The translations under genes and the position numbers were made by a program. The notes under the pieces were generated by a model. The model saw nothing but the letters and a program-made list of their open reading frames with translations. It searched no databases and had not been told where the DNA came from. Shown here one piece after another: positions 1-11,045 of a DNA stretch of 64,000 nt. Positions within the stretch are counted from its first letter, which is position 1; each line of letters begins with the position of its first letter. Source of the stretch: an uncultured Nitrosomonadaceae bacterium (GTDB taxonomy: Bacteria; Pseudomonadota; Gammaproteobacteria; Burkholderiales; Nitrosomonadaceae); NCBI GenBank assembly GCA_964013575.1, contig CAXGWP010000005.1:17306-81305 (forward strand). Reading direction: 5' to 3'.

Positions 1-1
1 A

Positions 2-913
2 AGATATACCCTTCGGCAAATATTACCTAGCCCTACTTTTTTCATGATATTACTAAAGATAGTGCAAACAGCTAGATATTTATTACCTAAAAAAATCCAA
101 AATTCAATCCCATATAAAGCTAGAAATGCAGGAATATGGCCCCCAGTAAGACATAAGCGTAAAATGTTAGCTCTTGATGGTTGTGTACAACCTGCAATAG
201 CCCCCAATATCAATGCTGCTACTGCAAGAATTTTAGATAGAATTGGTATTTCACTTATCAAGGTAAAAAAAGAAAACTGTTGTGGTGCAATTTCATACCA
301 CCTAAATGCTCAACAAGAAGGACTAAATTATATGCGCCGCAATATAGATGCCTGGTGGCCATACCTTGATAATAGTTTAGATAATGGGATTGAAGGTATT
401 GTTATGACAGCAAGTGGTTGTGGTATAACTGTCAAAGAATATGGGAGTTATTTAAAATATGATAAGGCCTATGCAGATAAAGCAGCACGAATTTCAGATT
501 TAACCAAAGATATTAGTGAAGTATTAAATGGTGAGACTGAAAAGCTCACCTCTCTTTTCTATGATACAGAATCATATACTAAAAAACCAAACCTAACCTT
601 CCATTCTCCCTGTACTCTACAACATGGACTCAAAATTCAAGGGGTAGTAGAAAATATTCTTACAATAGCAGGATTCAATCTAATTTTATCTCAAGATAAT
701 AATATTTGCTGCGGCTCAGCAGGAACTTATTCAATCCTACAACCTCAGTTGTCTCAACAGCTACTGAAGAATAAAATAAAAGCACTAACATCTAACAGTC
801 ATACTCAAATAGTTACTGCAAATATTGGCTGTCTTACACATATTCAAAGTGGTACGCCATTAATAATTAAACATTGGATTGAGGTGCTAGATGAAAAACT
901 ACATAGTCATTAA
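2..913 (+). CDS. glcF: Glycolate oxidase iron-sulfur subunit GlcF, C-terminal ~300 aa (5' end lies off the left window edge)
   Basis: Frame 2 is open from nt 2 with no stop before the listed ATG at 44, so the gene is cut by the window. The product has two cysteine-rich CCG-type repeats (LDGCVQP...ENCCGAISYH and HSPCTLQH...NICCGSAGTY...NIGCLTHI), arranged as in E. coli GlcF. Confidence 0.85.
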   Translation, partial: RYTLRQILPSPTFFMILLKIVQTARYLLPKKIQNSIPYKARNAGIWPPVRHKRKMLALDGCVQPAIAPNINAATARILDRIGISLIKVKKENCCGAISYHLNAQQEGLNYMRRNIDAWWPYLDNSLDNGIEGIVMTASGCGITVKEYGSYLKYDKAYADKAARISDLTKDISEVLNGETEKLTSLFYDTESYTKKPNLTFHSPCTLQHGLKIQGVVENILTIAGFNLILSQDNNICCGSAGTYSILQPQLSQQLLKNKIKALTSNSHTQIVTANIGCLTHIQSGTPLIIKHWIEVLDEKLHSH

Positions 914-920
914 TATATAA

Positions 921-3203
921 ATGGCGAAGAAAAATCAATCAAACCCACTGCCACCAAGAATCATAAGGCTATTACGTGAATCATATTCACTTGCCTTATT
1001 AGGTGTGGTGCTTTATTTAGCATTAATATTATATGGATACAACCATACTGATCCCGGCTGGTCACATAATAATGAAGTGGCCTTTATACAAAATCCAGGT
1101 GGTTATGTAGGCGCATGGTTAGCTGATTTGCTTTTATATTTATTTGGCATTTCTGCATGGCTATGGATATTATTCTTTACCTATTTAGTATCACTCGGTT
1201 ATCGTAATATTAATTTAGTAGGAATTTTTGACCGACGCCCAATATTACTTTCAACAGCAGGTTTTATTACATTCCTTATTGCAAGCAGTGGAATTGAAGC
1301 ACTACAGCTATATCCACCTAATATGCCACTACCCAATGAAAATGGTGGAATGCTAGGTAACATAATTATAAAAAGCCTATCTCAAGCATTTGGCCCTACT
1401 GGATCTATCCTTACATTACTAGTACTGTTAGCCATAGGTTTTAGCCTATTTACTGGGCTCTCATGGGTCCGCCTTGCTGAAAGTATAGGAGGTCTAATTG
1501 AGAATTCCTTATTTGGCCTTAAGAATCATTGGCAAAATAGAAAAGACAGGAAAATGGGCGCAGCTTCTATGATAAAACGTAAAAAAAGAATCGATGTTGA
1601 AAAAAAACGTTTTGAAGACCATCCTCCACTCTATATTGCTAAGCCTGTTGATACAATTCCAGAATCACCCCGCTTAATTAAAGAAAAACAGTCACCGTTG
1701 TTTGCTGACCTACCAGATTCACCTTTACCACCCCTACATTTATTAGATGAACCAGAAAAAGATATACAAATATTGTCCACTGATACACTTGAATTCACAT
1801 CTCGCCTAATTGAACGTAAATTAATTGATTTTGGTGTGGAGGTTAAAGTTGTTGCTGCCTACCCTGGCCCAGTCATTACCCGCTATGAAATTGAACCAGC
1901 AGTAGGAGTTAAAGGGAGCCAGATCCTCAACCTAGTAAAAGACTTAGCACGTGCGCTGTCAGTAGCAAGTATCCGTGTTGTTGAAATTATACCTGGGAAA
2001 ACAAGTATGGGACTAGAAATTCCTAATCCTAACCGACAAATAGTACGGCTATCTGAAGTATTTGGATCAAAATCCTATTCTGATATGGCGTCACCATTAA
2101 CAATTGCATTAGGTAAAGATATTGGGGGCCATCCAATTGTAGCTGATCTCGTAAAAATGCCACATGTGCTTGTAGCAGGAACTACTGGATCTGGAAAATC
2201 AGTAGCAATCAATGCAATGATCTTAAGCTTAATCTATAAGGCCACACCTGAACAAGTACGCCTAATCTTAGTAGATCCAAAAATGTTAGAGTTGTCCGTC
2301 TATGAAGGTATTCCACATTTATTAGCGCCAGTTGTAACTGATATGCGTCAAGCAGCAAATGCCTTACGCTGGTGTGTAGCAGAAATGGAGAGAAGGTATA
2401 AGCTCATGTCGTTACTAGGAGTTAGGAATATAAGTGGGTACAATCAAAAAATCCGTGACTCAATTAAAAATGGAACCCCATTAACTAACCCATTTAGCCT
2501 AACACCTGACTTACCAGAACCATTAGAAGAAATGCCACTTATTGTAGTAGTTATTGATGAATTAGCAGACTTAATGATGGTAGTAGGGAAGAAAGTAGAA
2601 GAATTAATAACAAGACTTGCTCAGAAAGCCAGAGCAGCAGGGATACATTTATTACTTGCTACTCAACGACCATCAGTAGATGTTATAACTGGCCTAATAA
2701 AAGCAAATATTCCTACACGAGTTGCTTTTCAGGTATCAAGTAAAGTAGATTCACGAACTATCCTTGACCAAATAGGTGCTGAAACATTATTAGGGCAAGG
2801 AGACATGCTCTATCTTCCCCCTGGAACAGGATATCCACAAAGAGTACATGGGGCTTTTGTTTCTGATCAAGAAGTGCACCGGGTAGTAGAGCATCTCAAA
2901 ATTAATGGAGAACCACACTATATAGATGGTGTACTTGACCCATTAGAGGAAGGAGAAAGAGGAAGTAATGAAAATGGTAGTATAACTATCAAAGAAGATG
3001 AACATGTTGACCCATTATATAAAGAAGCAGTTGATGTTGTAATGAAATCTAGACGTGCTTCAATCTCACTTGTACAAAGACACTTGAGAATTGGCTATAA
3101 CCGTGCAGCAAGATTAATTGAAAGAATGGAGAATAATGGGCTAGTTTCTTCTATGAAGAATAACGGAAATAGAGAAATATTGGTTCAAGATCAGGATAAA
3201 TAA
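921..3203 (+). CDS. ftsK: DNA translocase FtsK
   Basis: N-terminal TM helices and a Pro-rich linker. Walker [19 protein letters not shown], Walker [26 protein letters not shown]-terminal gamma winged-helix [22 protein letters not shown]. Conserved ftsK-lolA-serS neighbourhood. Confidence 0.97.
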   Translation: MAKKNQSNPLPPRIIRLLRESYSLALLGVVLYLALILYGYNHTDPGWSHNNEVAFIQNPGGYVGAWLADLLLYLFGISAWLWILFFTYLVSLGYRNINLVGIFDRRPILLSTAGFITFLIASSGIEALQLYPPNMPLPNENGGMLGNIIIKSLSQAFGPTGSILTLLVLLAIGFSLFTGLSWVRLAESIGGLIENSLFGLKNHWQNRKDRKMGAASMIKRKKRIDVEKKRFEDHPPLYIAKPVDTIPESPRLIKEKQSPLFADLPDSPLPPLHLLDEPEKDIQILSTDTLEFTSRLIERKLIDFGVEVKVVAAYPGPVITRYEIEPAVGVKGSQILNLVKDLARALSVASIRVVEIIPGKTSMGLEIPNPNRQIVRLSEVFGSKSYSDMASPLTIALGKDIGGHPIVADLVKMPHVLVAGTTGSGKSVAINAMILSLIYKATPEQVRLILVDPKMLELSVYEGIPHLLAPVVTDMRQAANALRWCVAEMERRYKLMSLLGVRNISGYNQKIRDSIKNGTPLTNPFSLTPDLPEPLEEMPLIVVVIDELADLMMVVGKKVEELITRLAQKARAAGIHLLLATQRPSVDVITGLIKANIPTRVAFQVSSKVDSRTILDQIGAETLLGQGDMLYLPPGTGYPQRVHGAFVSDQEVHRVVEHLKINGEPHYIDGVLDPLEEGERGSNENGSITIKEDEHVDPLYKEAVDVVMKSRRASISLVQRHLRIGYNRAARLIERMENNGLVSSMKNNGNREILVQDQDK

Positions 3204-3266
3204 ATAGCTTTTCTAGGTTATTATCTTCTAGAATAATTAATGAATTAATTCCATAATTAAAGTTCA

Positions 3267-3890
3267 ATGAATTCTTATCAACGGATTACTTATCTCTTAT
3301 CTTTTTTAGCTCTTCCATGTGCAGTACAAGCTGATGCTATAAAAAGTTTAGAATCATTTATTAAAAATACACATAGCTCACGTGCTATATTTTCTCAGAT
3401 TGTACTGAACAAAAACATAGAAATAGTACAAGAGGCAGGTGGCACTATGGAGTTTGAACGTCCCAATAAGTTTAGATGGAAATATGAAACCCCATATAAA
3501 CAATTGATCATTGGAGATGGTACAACAGTTTGGTTTTATGATGTTGATTTGAAACAAGTAACAACCCAGAAGCTCGACGTAACAATTGGTAGTAGTCCAG
3601 CTGCATTGCTTGCTCACAAAAACACAATTAAAAAAAATTTTGATTTACATGAAATATATCTACAAGGAGAGCTAGAATGGATAGAAGCTAAACCTAAAAT
3701 AAAAGAAAGGTCCTTTAAATCACTAAGGCTAGGATTTACCCCAAAAGGATCCTTACGAAAAATGATCCTATATGATGATTTCGAACAGTCTACAGTAATT
3801 ATATTCTCAAAAATAGAAAAAAATCCTTATTTAGATCCAGAAATATTTAAGTTTATACCACCTAAAAATTTGGATGTAATTCATAATTAA
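3267..3890 (+). CDS. lolA: Outer-membrane lipoprotein carrier protein LolA
   Basis: Signal peptide (LSFLALPCAVQA). LolA core FERPNKFRWKYETPYKQLIIGDGTTVWFYDVDLKQVT. Position between ftsK and serS. Confidence 0.9.
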   Translation: MNSYQRITYLLSFLALPCAVQADAIKSLESFIKNTHSSRAIFSQIVLNKNIEIVQEAGGTMEFERPNKFRWKYETPYKQLIIGDGTTVWFYDVDLKQVTTQKLDVTIGSSPAALLAHKNTIKKNFDLHEIYLQGELEWIEAKPKIKERSFKSLRLGFTPKGSLRKMILYDDFEQSTVIIFSKIEKNPYLDPEIFKFIPPKNLDVIHN

Positions 3891-3959
3891 TTTATTTTAA
3901 AAAATACTATTTACCCAAAATTCTAAACTAGAATTGTTTATATTCAGGACAATACCTCC

Positions 3960-5303
3960 ATGTTAGATATTAATTTATTACGTAAAAATATAGATGATGT
4001 AGCTTCAAATCTCGATAAACGAGGATTCTTATTAGATAAAGAATACTTCAAGCAAATATTTTATAAGCGTGGGATTATACGAAAAGAAACACAACAACTA
4101 GAAGAAACAAAAAATAAAATTTCACGCAAGATTGGCCAGCTTAGTATGGACAAGAAAACAAGTGCAAATATAGAAGCAGAATCCCTAAAGAAAAAAATGA
4201 AAGGAGTGCATAAAGAACTTATCCTAGCAAAGGTAAAACTAGATAAAATTGAGACTGAGTTACAACAATCTCTAGAACAAATACCAAATATCCCACATAT
4301 CAGCGTCCCAATTGGGAATATAAATAAGAAAATACGAAATTGGGGTGAAAGAAAAGAGGCTAAGTCATTTAATTTTCCAATCAAGGATCATGTGAGCATT
4401 GGGGAGGATCTTGAATTATTAAACTTTAGCGCTGCAACAAAAATTAGTGGTGCGCGCTTTAATCTAATGACTGGTGAACTTGCTCGATTACACCGTGCAT
4501 TAGGACAGCTAATGCTTGACGTACATACACAAGACCACGGTTATACTGAAGCATATGTTCCATATCTGGTTAATGCTGATAGTCTATATGGGACTGGCCA
4601 ACTACCTAAGTTTGAGGATGACTTATTTAAAACGAATCAACAAAGAAATAATGATACAAAGAATAAGAATGAAAAAAATTTACAAGAAGAAAGCTTATAT
4701 TTAATCCCAACCTCAGAGGTGCCACTAACTAATTATGTCCGTAATGAAATTATTTCATTAGATTCTCTTCCTGTGAAGCTTACGACACTTTCCCCGTGCT
4801 TCCGTTCTGAAGCAGGGAGCTATGGTAAAGATACAAGAGGCTTAATTCGTCAACATCAATTTGAGAAAGTAGAACTTGTACAGCTTGTTCACCCTAATAA
4901 TTCTTATGAAGCTTTAGAACAACTTGTTCAGCACGCTGAAAAAATATTACAAAAATTAGAACTACCTTACCAGGTAATACTGCTATCCACTAAAGACATG
5001 GGATTTGCTGCAGCAAAAACCTACGATATTGAAGTATGGCTACCAGCACAACAAACTTATAGAGAGATTTCTTCTTGCAGTAATTGTGAAGCATTTCAAG
5101 CTAGGCGTATGAAGGCTCGCTTTCGTAATAAGAATGGGAAAACAGAACTATTACATACTCTGAATGGTTCAGGATTAGCAGTAGGACGATGCCTAGTAGC
5201 AATATTAGAAAACCATCAAAATTCTGATGGTAGTATTTCTATCCCTAAAGCCTTACATCCTTATATGGGTGGTATTACTCAGCTTAGTGTAAAGAAAGAA
5301 TAA
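3960..5303 (+). CDS. serS: Seryl-tRNA synthetase
   Basis: N-terminal coiled-coil arm. Class II motifs PTSEVPLTN, CFRSEAGSYGKDTRGLIRQHQFEKVE, LNGSGLAVGRCLVAILEN. Confidence 0.97.
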   Translation: MLDINLLRKNIDDVASNLDKRGFLLDKEYFKQIFYKRGIIRKETQQLEETKNKISRKIGQLSMDKKTSANIEAESLKKKMKGVHKELILAKVKLDKIETELQQSLEQIPNIPHISVPIGNINKKIRNWGERKEAKSFNFPIKDHVSIGEDLELLNFSAATKISGARFNLMTGELARLHRALGQLMLDVHTQDHGYTEAYVPYLVNADSLYGTGQLPKFEDDLFKTNQQRNNDTKNKNEKNLQEESLYLIPTSEVPLTNYVRNEIISLDSLPVKLTTLSPCFRSEAGSYGKDTRGLIRQHQFEKVELVQLVHPNNSYEALEQLVQHAEKILQKLELPYQVILLSTKDMGFAAAKTYDIEVWLPAQQTYREISSCSNCEAFQARRMKARFRNKNGKTELLHTLNGSGLAVGRCLVAILENHQNSDGSISIPKALHPYMGGITQLSVKKE

Positions 5304-5623
5304 CGCCATATAACCATATATATGGGTACCCAAATATTGGGTATTGACAGGTCCATTCAACAACTAAAATTTATCTAATCAAAAAATAAAAATACAATGC
5401 CTTTAAAAATTAAGAATTAATTAGATAAATTTAAAATATCAAATCATCACTTTTCTTATTTAGAAATAAAATTACTATCCATAAAATAAAAATCATGAAA
5501 TATTCTAAATAAATCTAGAATACTATTCTTATTCTCAAGTTGGATACTCGTTACTCAATATAATGTCTACTAAAAGATCTAGATCTAAACAACTTAAGAG
5601 TAATAAGTTCTCTACAATTATTT

Positions 5624-6862
5624 CTAAAAATTTCCCTGAAACCAATTACTTATCCGTTCAAGAATCTGTTTTAAGGAATTTCCATTTTTTTGGGCTTCTT
5701 TTTGATGTCGAAGTTGCTCCATTCCAGCAATTATTAATCCAACGCAAGTAGAAAATCTTGGCGTACGTACTACTTCTGCTAAACTACTACGATAAATTGG
5801 CAACCCTAACCTAACTGGCATATGGAAAATCTCTTCACCAAGCTCAACCATACCTAACAAAGAACTACTACCGCCAGTAATAACTATCCCAGAAGAAAGC
5901 AATTCTTCAAAACCGCTACGACGTAGCTCAGCTTGTACAAGTAAATAAAGCTCTTCAACACGTGGCTCAATAACTTCTGCAAGTGTCTGCCTAGATAATT
6001 GACGTGTTCCACGCTCACCTACGCCTGGAACCTCAATCATTTCATTAGTATCAGCCATTCCTTTTAAAGCACAACCATAACGACACTTAATATCTTCAGC
6101 ATCTTTAGTTGGAGTACGTAATGCCATTGCTATATCATTTGTTATCTGATCTCCTGCAATAGAAATTACTGCTGTATGACGAATTGCGCCCTGGGAGAAT
6201 ATAGCAATATCTGTAGTGCCTCCACCAATATCTACTAAACATACACCTAAATCTTTTTCATCTTCAGACAAAACTGACATTGCTGAGGCAAGTGGCTGTA
6301 ACACAACATCTCCCACTTCTAATCCGCAACGACGCACACACTTCATAATATTTTGTACAGCAGAAGCTGCACCAGTAACAATATGCACCTTTACTTCTAG
6401 CCTCACTCCATTCATACCTATTGGTTCACGTACATCCTCCTGACCATCTATAATAAATTCTTGATTTAGAATATGTAAAACCTGCTGATCTGCAGGAATA
6501 TTTACTGCTTTAGCAGTTTCCACTACACGTTCAACATCTAGCTGAGATACTTCCTTATCTTTAATTGCTACCATTCCATGTGAATTAAAACTTTTAATAT
6601 GATTCCCAGCAATACCTGTATATACATTATAAATTTTGCAATCTGCCATTAGCTCTGCTTCCTCAAGAGCACGCTGAATTGCATTAACTGTAGTCTCAAT
6701 ATTCACTACTACACCTTTTTTCAAGCCACTAGAGGAATGACTCCCCATACCAATGATTTCAAACATATCATCAGATGTGGCTTCTGCCGCAATGACAACA
6801 ATTTTTGATGTGCCAATATCAAGCCCGACAATTAGATCTCTATTTCTATTTCTTTTATTCAT
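5624..6862 (-). CDS. ftsA: Cell division protein FtsA
   Basis: Actin-fold motifs VGLDIGTSKIVVI, VCLVDIGGGTTDIAIF, GIVITGGSS. C-terminal amphipathic tail ILERISNWFQGNF. Follows ftsQ. Confidence 0.97.
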   Translation of the reverse strand: MNKRNRNRDLIVGLDIGTSKIVVIAAEATSDDMFEIIGMGSHSSSGLKKGVVVNIETTVNAIQRALEEAELMADCKIYNVYTGIAGNHIKSFNSHGMVAIKDKEVSQLDVERVVETAKAVNIPADQQVLHILNQEFIIDGQEDVREPIGMNGVRLEVKVHIVTGAASAVQNIMKCVRRCGLEVGDVVLQPLASAMSVLSEDEKDLGVCLVDIGGGTTDIAIFSQGAIRHTAVISIAGDQITNDIAMALRTPTKDAEDIKCRYGCALKGMADTNEMIEVPGVGERGTRQLSRQTLAEVIEPRVEELYLLVQAELRRSGFEELLSSGIVITGGSSSLLGMVELGEEIFHMPVRLGLPIYRSSLAEVVRTPRFSTCVGLIIAGMEQLRHQKEAQKNGNSLKQILERISNWFQGNF

Positions 6863-6886
6863 TGTATCTATGAGCCTTCATTCGTA

Positions 6887-7651
6887 TCATCCGCTTGTCT
6901 TAATAATTTGATTATGGTGCTTCTTATGAGTTGAATTTACTGTACGAACAGCAAACCCATTTGGATATCGCAAATCTATATAAATAATTTTCTCTCTAAA
7001 TTGTGAAACCACCTGTTCATGTACAGCCACATAAGTTGCTAATCGATCTACCATATTTTCACGCCCCAATTCTAATATAGCGCCATCTTCTAGATGTATA
7101 CGCCAAGCTTGACGCGCTGAAAAATCTAACTGAACAATGCTTCTCTGAATTAATTTTAGTAATTTATTAAAAACCAAATAATTCTGTGATACTTTCTGAG
7201 AGCTCTCTGCTAAACCAGTAAATTTTAATTCTGTTAATTTCCTATTTGTCTTAGCTAAAAATACTTCTCCATAAGTATTTACAAGTTCTGACCCATCTCT
7301 CCTAGCAAGAACTATATGCTCTTCTAATTCAATCTCAATACTATTTGGCCAATTCCGACGAATATTTGCAGTACGAACCCAAGGTAGTTTCTCAAACTCA
7401 CTACCTATCATATCTAATTCTACTGTAAAAAAATTCCCAAATTCATTACGATTTATAATATTACTTATTTGCTTCCTAGTTATATATTTAAACTCTTTTC
7501 CATTACTATTCTTTCCGACAATACTTATATTTTTTAATGCAAAAACTGGTAAATTTATAATATGCGGGGTAATAGCTACAATAGTAACTAGCACAACAGA
7601 AATAAAAAGGCCATTAGCAAGTATATTGAGTGCACGGTAATTATCCCACAT
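6887..7651 (-). CDS. ftsQ: Cell division protein FtsQ
   Basis: Single N-terminal TM helix (LFISVVLVTIVAI) followed by a POTRA-like region. Size and position between ddl and ftsA. 11-nt overlap with the ddl stop. Confidence 0.85.
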   Translation of the reverse strand: MWDNYRALNILANGLFISVVLVTIVAITPHIINLPVFALKNISIVGKNSNGKEFKYITRKQISNIINRNEFGNFFTVELDMIGSEFEKLPWVRTANIRRNWPNSIEIELEEHIVLARRDGSELVNTYGEVFLAKTNRKLTELKFTGLAESSQKVSQNYLVFNKLLKLIQRSIVQLDFSARQAWRIHLEDGAILELGRENMVDRLATYVAVHEQVVSQFREKIIYIDLRYPNGFAVRTVNSTHKKHHNQIIKTSG

Positions 7652-8558
7652 TGGCCAACTCCAATATCCTTATTACAAGATCATCAAACGATATCCCTGC
7701 ATTCTTTGCAGCTATTGGTACAAGACTATGACTTGTCATACCCGGTGATGTATTATTTTCAAGAAAATAAGGTTTATCAGAATAATCTAGTATTAGATCT
7801 ACTCTTCCCCAGCCTTCACATCCTAGAATTCTATGCGCCTTCAATGCTTGTGTTTGAATTGTATTCTCCAATTCAGAAGACAACCCACTTGGACAAAAAT
7901 ATTTAGTATCATTAGAAAGATATTTAGCCCTATAATCATATAATTCACCTGATGTTTTAATCCGAACTAATGGTAGCGCAACATCTCCAAGAATTGCGGC
8001 AGTTAATTCTATGCCTTCTACATATTGCTCAACTAATACCATAGAATCATATTCAGCAGCCATCTTATATGCATATGACAATTCTTTTATAGAATTTACC
8101 TTATACAAACCAATTGTTGATCCTTCTCTTGAAGGCTTAATAATAAGCGGTAATCCTAAATCCCTTACTACTATATCAAAATTACTCTCTGCATTGAGCA
8201 TGGTATAACGAGGAGTATTAATACCTATTGACTGCCATAGTAATTTAGTTCTCCATTTATCTATAGCAAGCGCACAAGCCATTACGCCACTACCTGTATA
8301 AGGTAACCCCATAAGCTCCAATGCACCTTGAACAGTTCCATCTTCTCCATAACGCCCATGAAGGGCTATATACACCATATTAAACTTCTTCCTTAAAAGG
8401 TCCTCTATTGGATTCTCTGCTGGATCAAATGGATATGCATCAATCCCTCTACGATGCATTGCTTCAAGTACAGCCTGGCCACTCTGAAGTGAAATTTCAC
8501 GCTCTGCAGAACACCCCCCAAAAAGAACAGCAACTTTTCCAAAATTATTTGTACTCAC
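7641..8558 (-). CDS. ddl: D-alanine--D-alanine ligase
   Basis: VAVLFGGCSAEREISLQSG, ALHGRYGEDGTVQGALELMGLPYTGSGV, LENNTSPGMTSHSLVP. Confidence 0.95.
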   Translation of the reverse strand: MSTNNFGKVAVLFGGCSAEREISLQSGQAVLEAMHRRGIDAYPFDPAENPIEDLLRKKFNMVYIALHGRYGEDGTVQGALELMGLPYTGSGVMACALAIDKWRTKLLWQSIGINTPRYTMLNAESNFDIVVRDLGLPLIIKPSREGSTIGLYKVNSIKELSYAYKMAAEYDSMVLVEQYVEGIELTAAILGDVALPLVRIKTSGELYDYRAKYLSNDTKYFCPSGLSSELENTIQTQALKAHRILGCEGWGRVDLILDYSDKPYFLENNTSPGMTSHSLVPIAAKNAGISFDDLVIRILELANVG

Positions 8559-8609
8559 AGCTAACGATCCATAAAAAATATATCTCTAGAAAATGGAACC
8601 TATAATAAT

Positions 8610-9593
8610 TTATTTTATTTCCCCTATAATTCTGACTTCTTGTATTAATTCAATACCAGTCTTTCTCTTTACTTCTTTACGTACTTCTCTAATTACAGAT
8701 TCAATATCTTCTGCTATGGCATTACCTGTGTTAATAATAAAATTAGCATGCTTTGTTGAAACCATAGCTCCACCAATACTAAAACCTTTTAAATTACATA
8801 ACTCAATTAATCGTGCTGCATAATCTCCTGGCGGATTACGAAACACTGAGCCAGCACTAGGTAAATTCAACGGTTGGCTATTAATTCTCTCAGAAAGAAG
8901 TGCTTTAATTTTTCTCTTAGATGCCATATTATTTCCGCTTTCTAATTTAATCCACGCTCCTACAAACCATTCCTCTCTAGAATAATCAATAGATAACCCA
9001 ATATTTGATTTTAAATTTACCTGACGATAACCAACCTTATATTCCTTTGTATCTCTATTCTTCTGATAACCTAACCGATTAAGTATCCTTACTCGATCAA
9101 TAATTTGCCATGTTTCTGAACCATAACAACCAGCATTCATTGCTAAAGCACCGCCAACCGTACCAGGTATACCCGCTAAAAATTCTGCTCCAGCTAAATT
9201 ATGTATAGCAGCAAATCTTGCCACCTTTGCACATGTCACGCCTGCTTCAACATAAATTACTTTATTTTTTTCACTCTTCCTTTCCAACAAAAGATTATTT
9301 AATTTTGAATGAAGCAATATCACTGTGCCACGTAACCCACCATCCCGCACTAAAATATTACTACCCAGACCAATAACAAAAACTTTCTCACTCTTAGGTA
9401 TGCTGAATAAAAATTGAGATAGATCATCTAAATTGGCTGGTATATAAATTCGTTCTGCCCTACCTCCTACACGCCAAGAAGTATACCTCTTCATTGATTC
9501 ATTAACACGCAACTCCCCACGTAATTCCTCCTTTCCCCCTTGTTTAAAATAGGATTGAAAATGCGTTAATTTATTCATCCCTAATATCCCCAC
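8610..9593 (-). CDS. murB: UDP-N-acetylenolpyruvoylglucosamine reductase MurB
   Basis: [47 protein letters not shown]. An alternative start at the Met 5 codons in (9578) is possible. Overlaps the murC 3' end. Confidence 0.93.
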   Translation of the reverse strand: MGILGMNKLTHFQSYFKQGGKEELRGELRVNESMKRYTSWRVGGRAERIYIPANLDDLSQFLFSIPKSEKVFVIGLGSNILVRDGGLRGTVILLHSKLNNLLLERKSEKNKVIYVEAGVTCAKVARFAAIHNLAGAEFLAGIPGTVGGALAMNAGCYGSETWQIIDRVRILNRLGYQKNRDTKEYKVGYRQVNLKSNIGLSIDYSREEWFVGAWIKLESGNNMASKRKIKALLSERINSQPLNLPSAGSVFRNPPGDYAARLIELCNLKGFSIGGAMVSTKHANFIINTGNAIAEDIESVIREVRKEVKRKTGIELIQEVRIIGEIK

Positions 9594-10989
9594 AAGAATA
9601 GTTCATAAGATCTTTTGATACGATACTTATAGAACCTGCACCCATAACTAAAACCACATCTTTATGTTTTACGACATTGAAAATGGCTGTAGGCAGCTCT
9701 TCAACAGTTTCAATAAAAATTGGCTCAATTCTCCCCTGTATCCTAATAGCTCGTACAAGTGATTTTCCATCAGCAGCAATAATTGGTGCTTCCCCCGCTG
9801 AATATATTTCAGTTAATAATAATACATCTGCTTTAGATAAAATCTTTACAAGATCCTCAAATAAATCTCTTGTACGTGTATAACGATGTGGCTGAAATAC
9901 AACTATAAGACGCCGCCCAGGAAACGCACCACGTGCTGCATTTATTGTCGCAGCAATTTCTACTGGATGATGACCATAATCATCAACCAGAGTAAAGCTA
10001 CCATTTATTCCTGATATCTGAATCTCACCATAACGCTGGAAACGTCTCTCAACTCCCTTAAACATATTCAATGCATGAATTATAGATCTATCTGAAATCC
10101 CTAATTCATTTCCTACTGCAATTGCAGCCAATGCATTTAGCACATTATGTATTCCTGGCAAATTAAGCCTTATGTCCAACTTACGAACCGTGTCATTAAT
10201 CTCAATAACTGCAGTAAAATCCATCTTCCCTTTACAATGGGAAATATTAACAGCCCTAATTTTAGCTCCTTCTGACAAGCCATATGTCAAAATAGGCTTC
10301 GTAATAGTAGGAATAATTTCACGTATATTAGGATCATCTACACATAGAATTGCTAATCCATAAAATGGAAGGTGCTGTACAAAATCTACAAAAGCCTTCT
10401 TTAATTTATTAAAATCATGATCATAAGTTTCCATATGATCATGATCTATATTAGTAACCACTGCTAATATAGGCTGCAAATAAAGAAATGATGCGTCAGA
10501 TTCATCTGCCTCTACTACAATAAACTCACCACTCCCTAATTTGGCATGAGACCCTGCAGATTCCAGTTTCCCACCAATTATAAAAGTAGGATCCATTCCA
10601 TCCTGTGCAAGAACACTAGCGATTAGACTCGTAGTAGTAGTCTTACCGTGAGTGCCTGCAACACCAATCCCCTGGCGTAACCGCAATAACTCTGCCAACA
10701 TTATTGCTCTAGGAACTACTGGAGTATTATTTCTTCGTGCTGCATTTACTTCCGGATTATCTGGCTTTATTACACTCGATATGACTACAGCATCTGCTGA
10801 ATCAATATGATCCTCTGAATGGCCGATATGAACATTAGCACCTAAAGTTCTTAGCCGTTTTGTTGTAACACTATCTGATACATCTGAACCACTTATTTTA
10901 TAACCCAAATTTAATAATACCTCGGCTATTCCACTCATACCGGACCCACCAATACCAACAAAATGAATATGTTTTACTTTATGCTTCAT
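9571..10989 (-). CDS. murC: UDP-N-acetylmuramate--L-alanine ligase MurC
   Basis: [23 protein letters not shown] and the Mur ligase P-loop [16 protein letters not shown]. Confidence 0.97.
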   Translation of the reverse strand: MKHKVKHIHFVGIGGSGMSGIAEVLLNLGYKISGSDVSDSVTTKRLRTLGANVHIGHSEDHIDSADAVVISSVIKPDNPEVNAARRNNTPVVPRAIMLAELLRLRQGIGVAGTHGKTTTTSLIASVLAQDGMDPTFIIGGKLESAGSHAKLGSGEFIVVEADESDASFLYLQPILAVVTNIDHDHMETYDHDFNKLKKAFVDFVQHLPFYGLAILCVDDPNIREIIPTITKPILTYGLSEGAKIRAVNISHCKGKMDFTAVIEINDTVRKLDIRLNLPGIHNVLNALAAIAVGNELGISDRSIIHALNMFKGVERRFQRYGEIQISGINGSFTLVDDYGHHPVEIAATINAARGAFPGRRLIVVFQPHRYTRTRDLFEDLVKILSKADVLLLTEIYSAGEAPIIAADGKSLVRAIRIQGRIEPIFIETVEELPTAIFNVVKHKDVVLVMGAGSISIVSKDLMNYSCGDIRDE

Positions 10990-11045
10990 TCTTTATCTTT
11001 ATAAAGTGTTAATCAGAAAACTATTACAAAGTAAATAATATCTTA

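Noticed and set aside
4635-4697. Asn/Lys-rich segment in SerS (NQQRNNDTKNKNEKNLQEESL), about 9 aa longer than the equivalent E. coli loop.
   Set aside because: This is a typical low-complexity expansion in a surface loop of an AT-rich genome. Catalytic motifs are intact, and there is no reason to infer new function.
5575-5586. Perfect 12-bp palindrome AGATCTAGATCT downstream of ftsA.
   Set aside because: It occurs once, is short and has no loop for a hairpin. In an AT-rich spacer it could arise by chance. It is mentioned under the ftsA-serS gap finding but not called as a feature.
5563-5751. 62-aa plus-strand ORF at the ftsA 3' end.
   Set aside because: About two-thirds of it overlaps the ftsA coding region on the opposite strand. 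It has no SD and no recognisable product.
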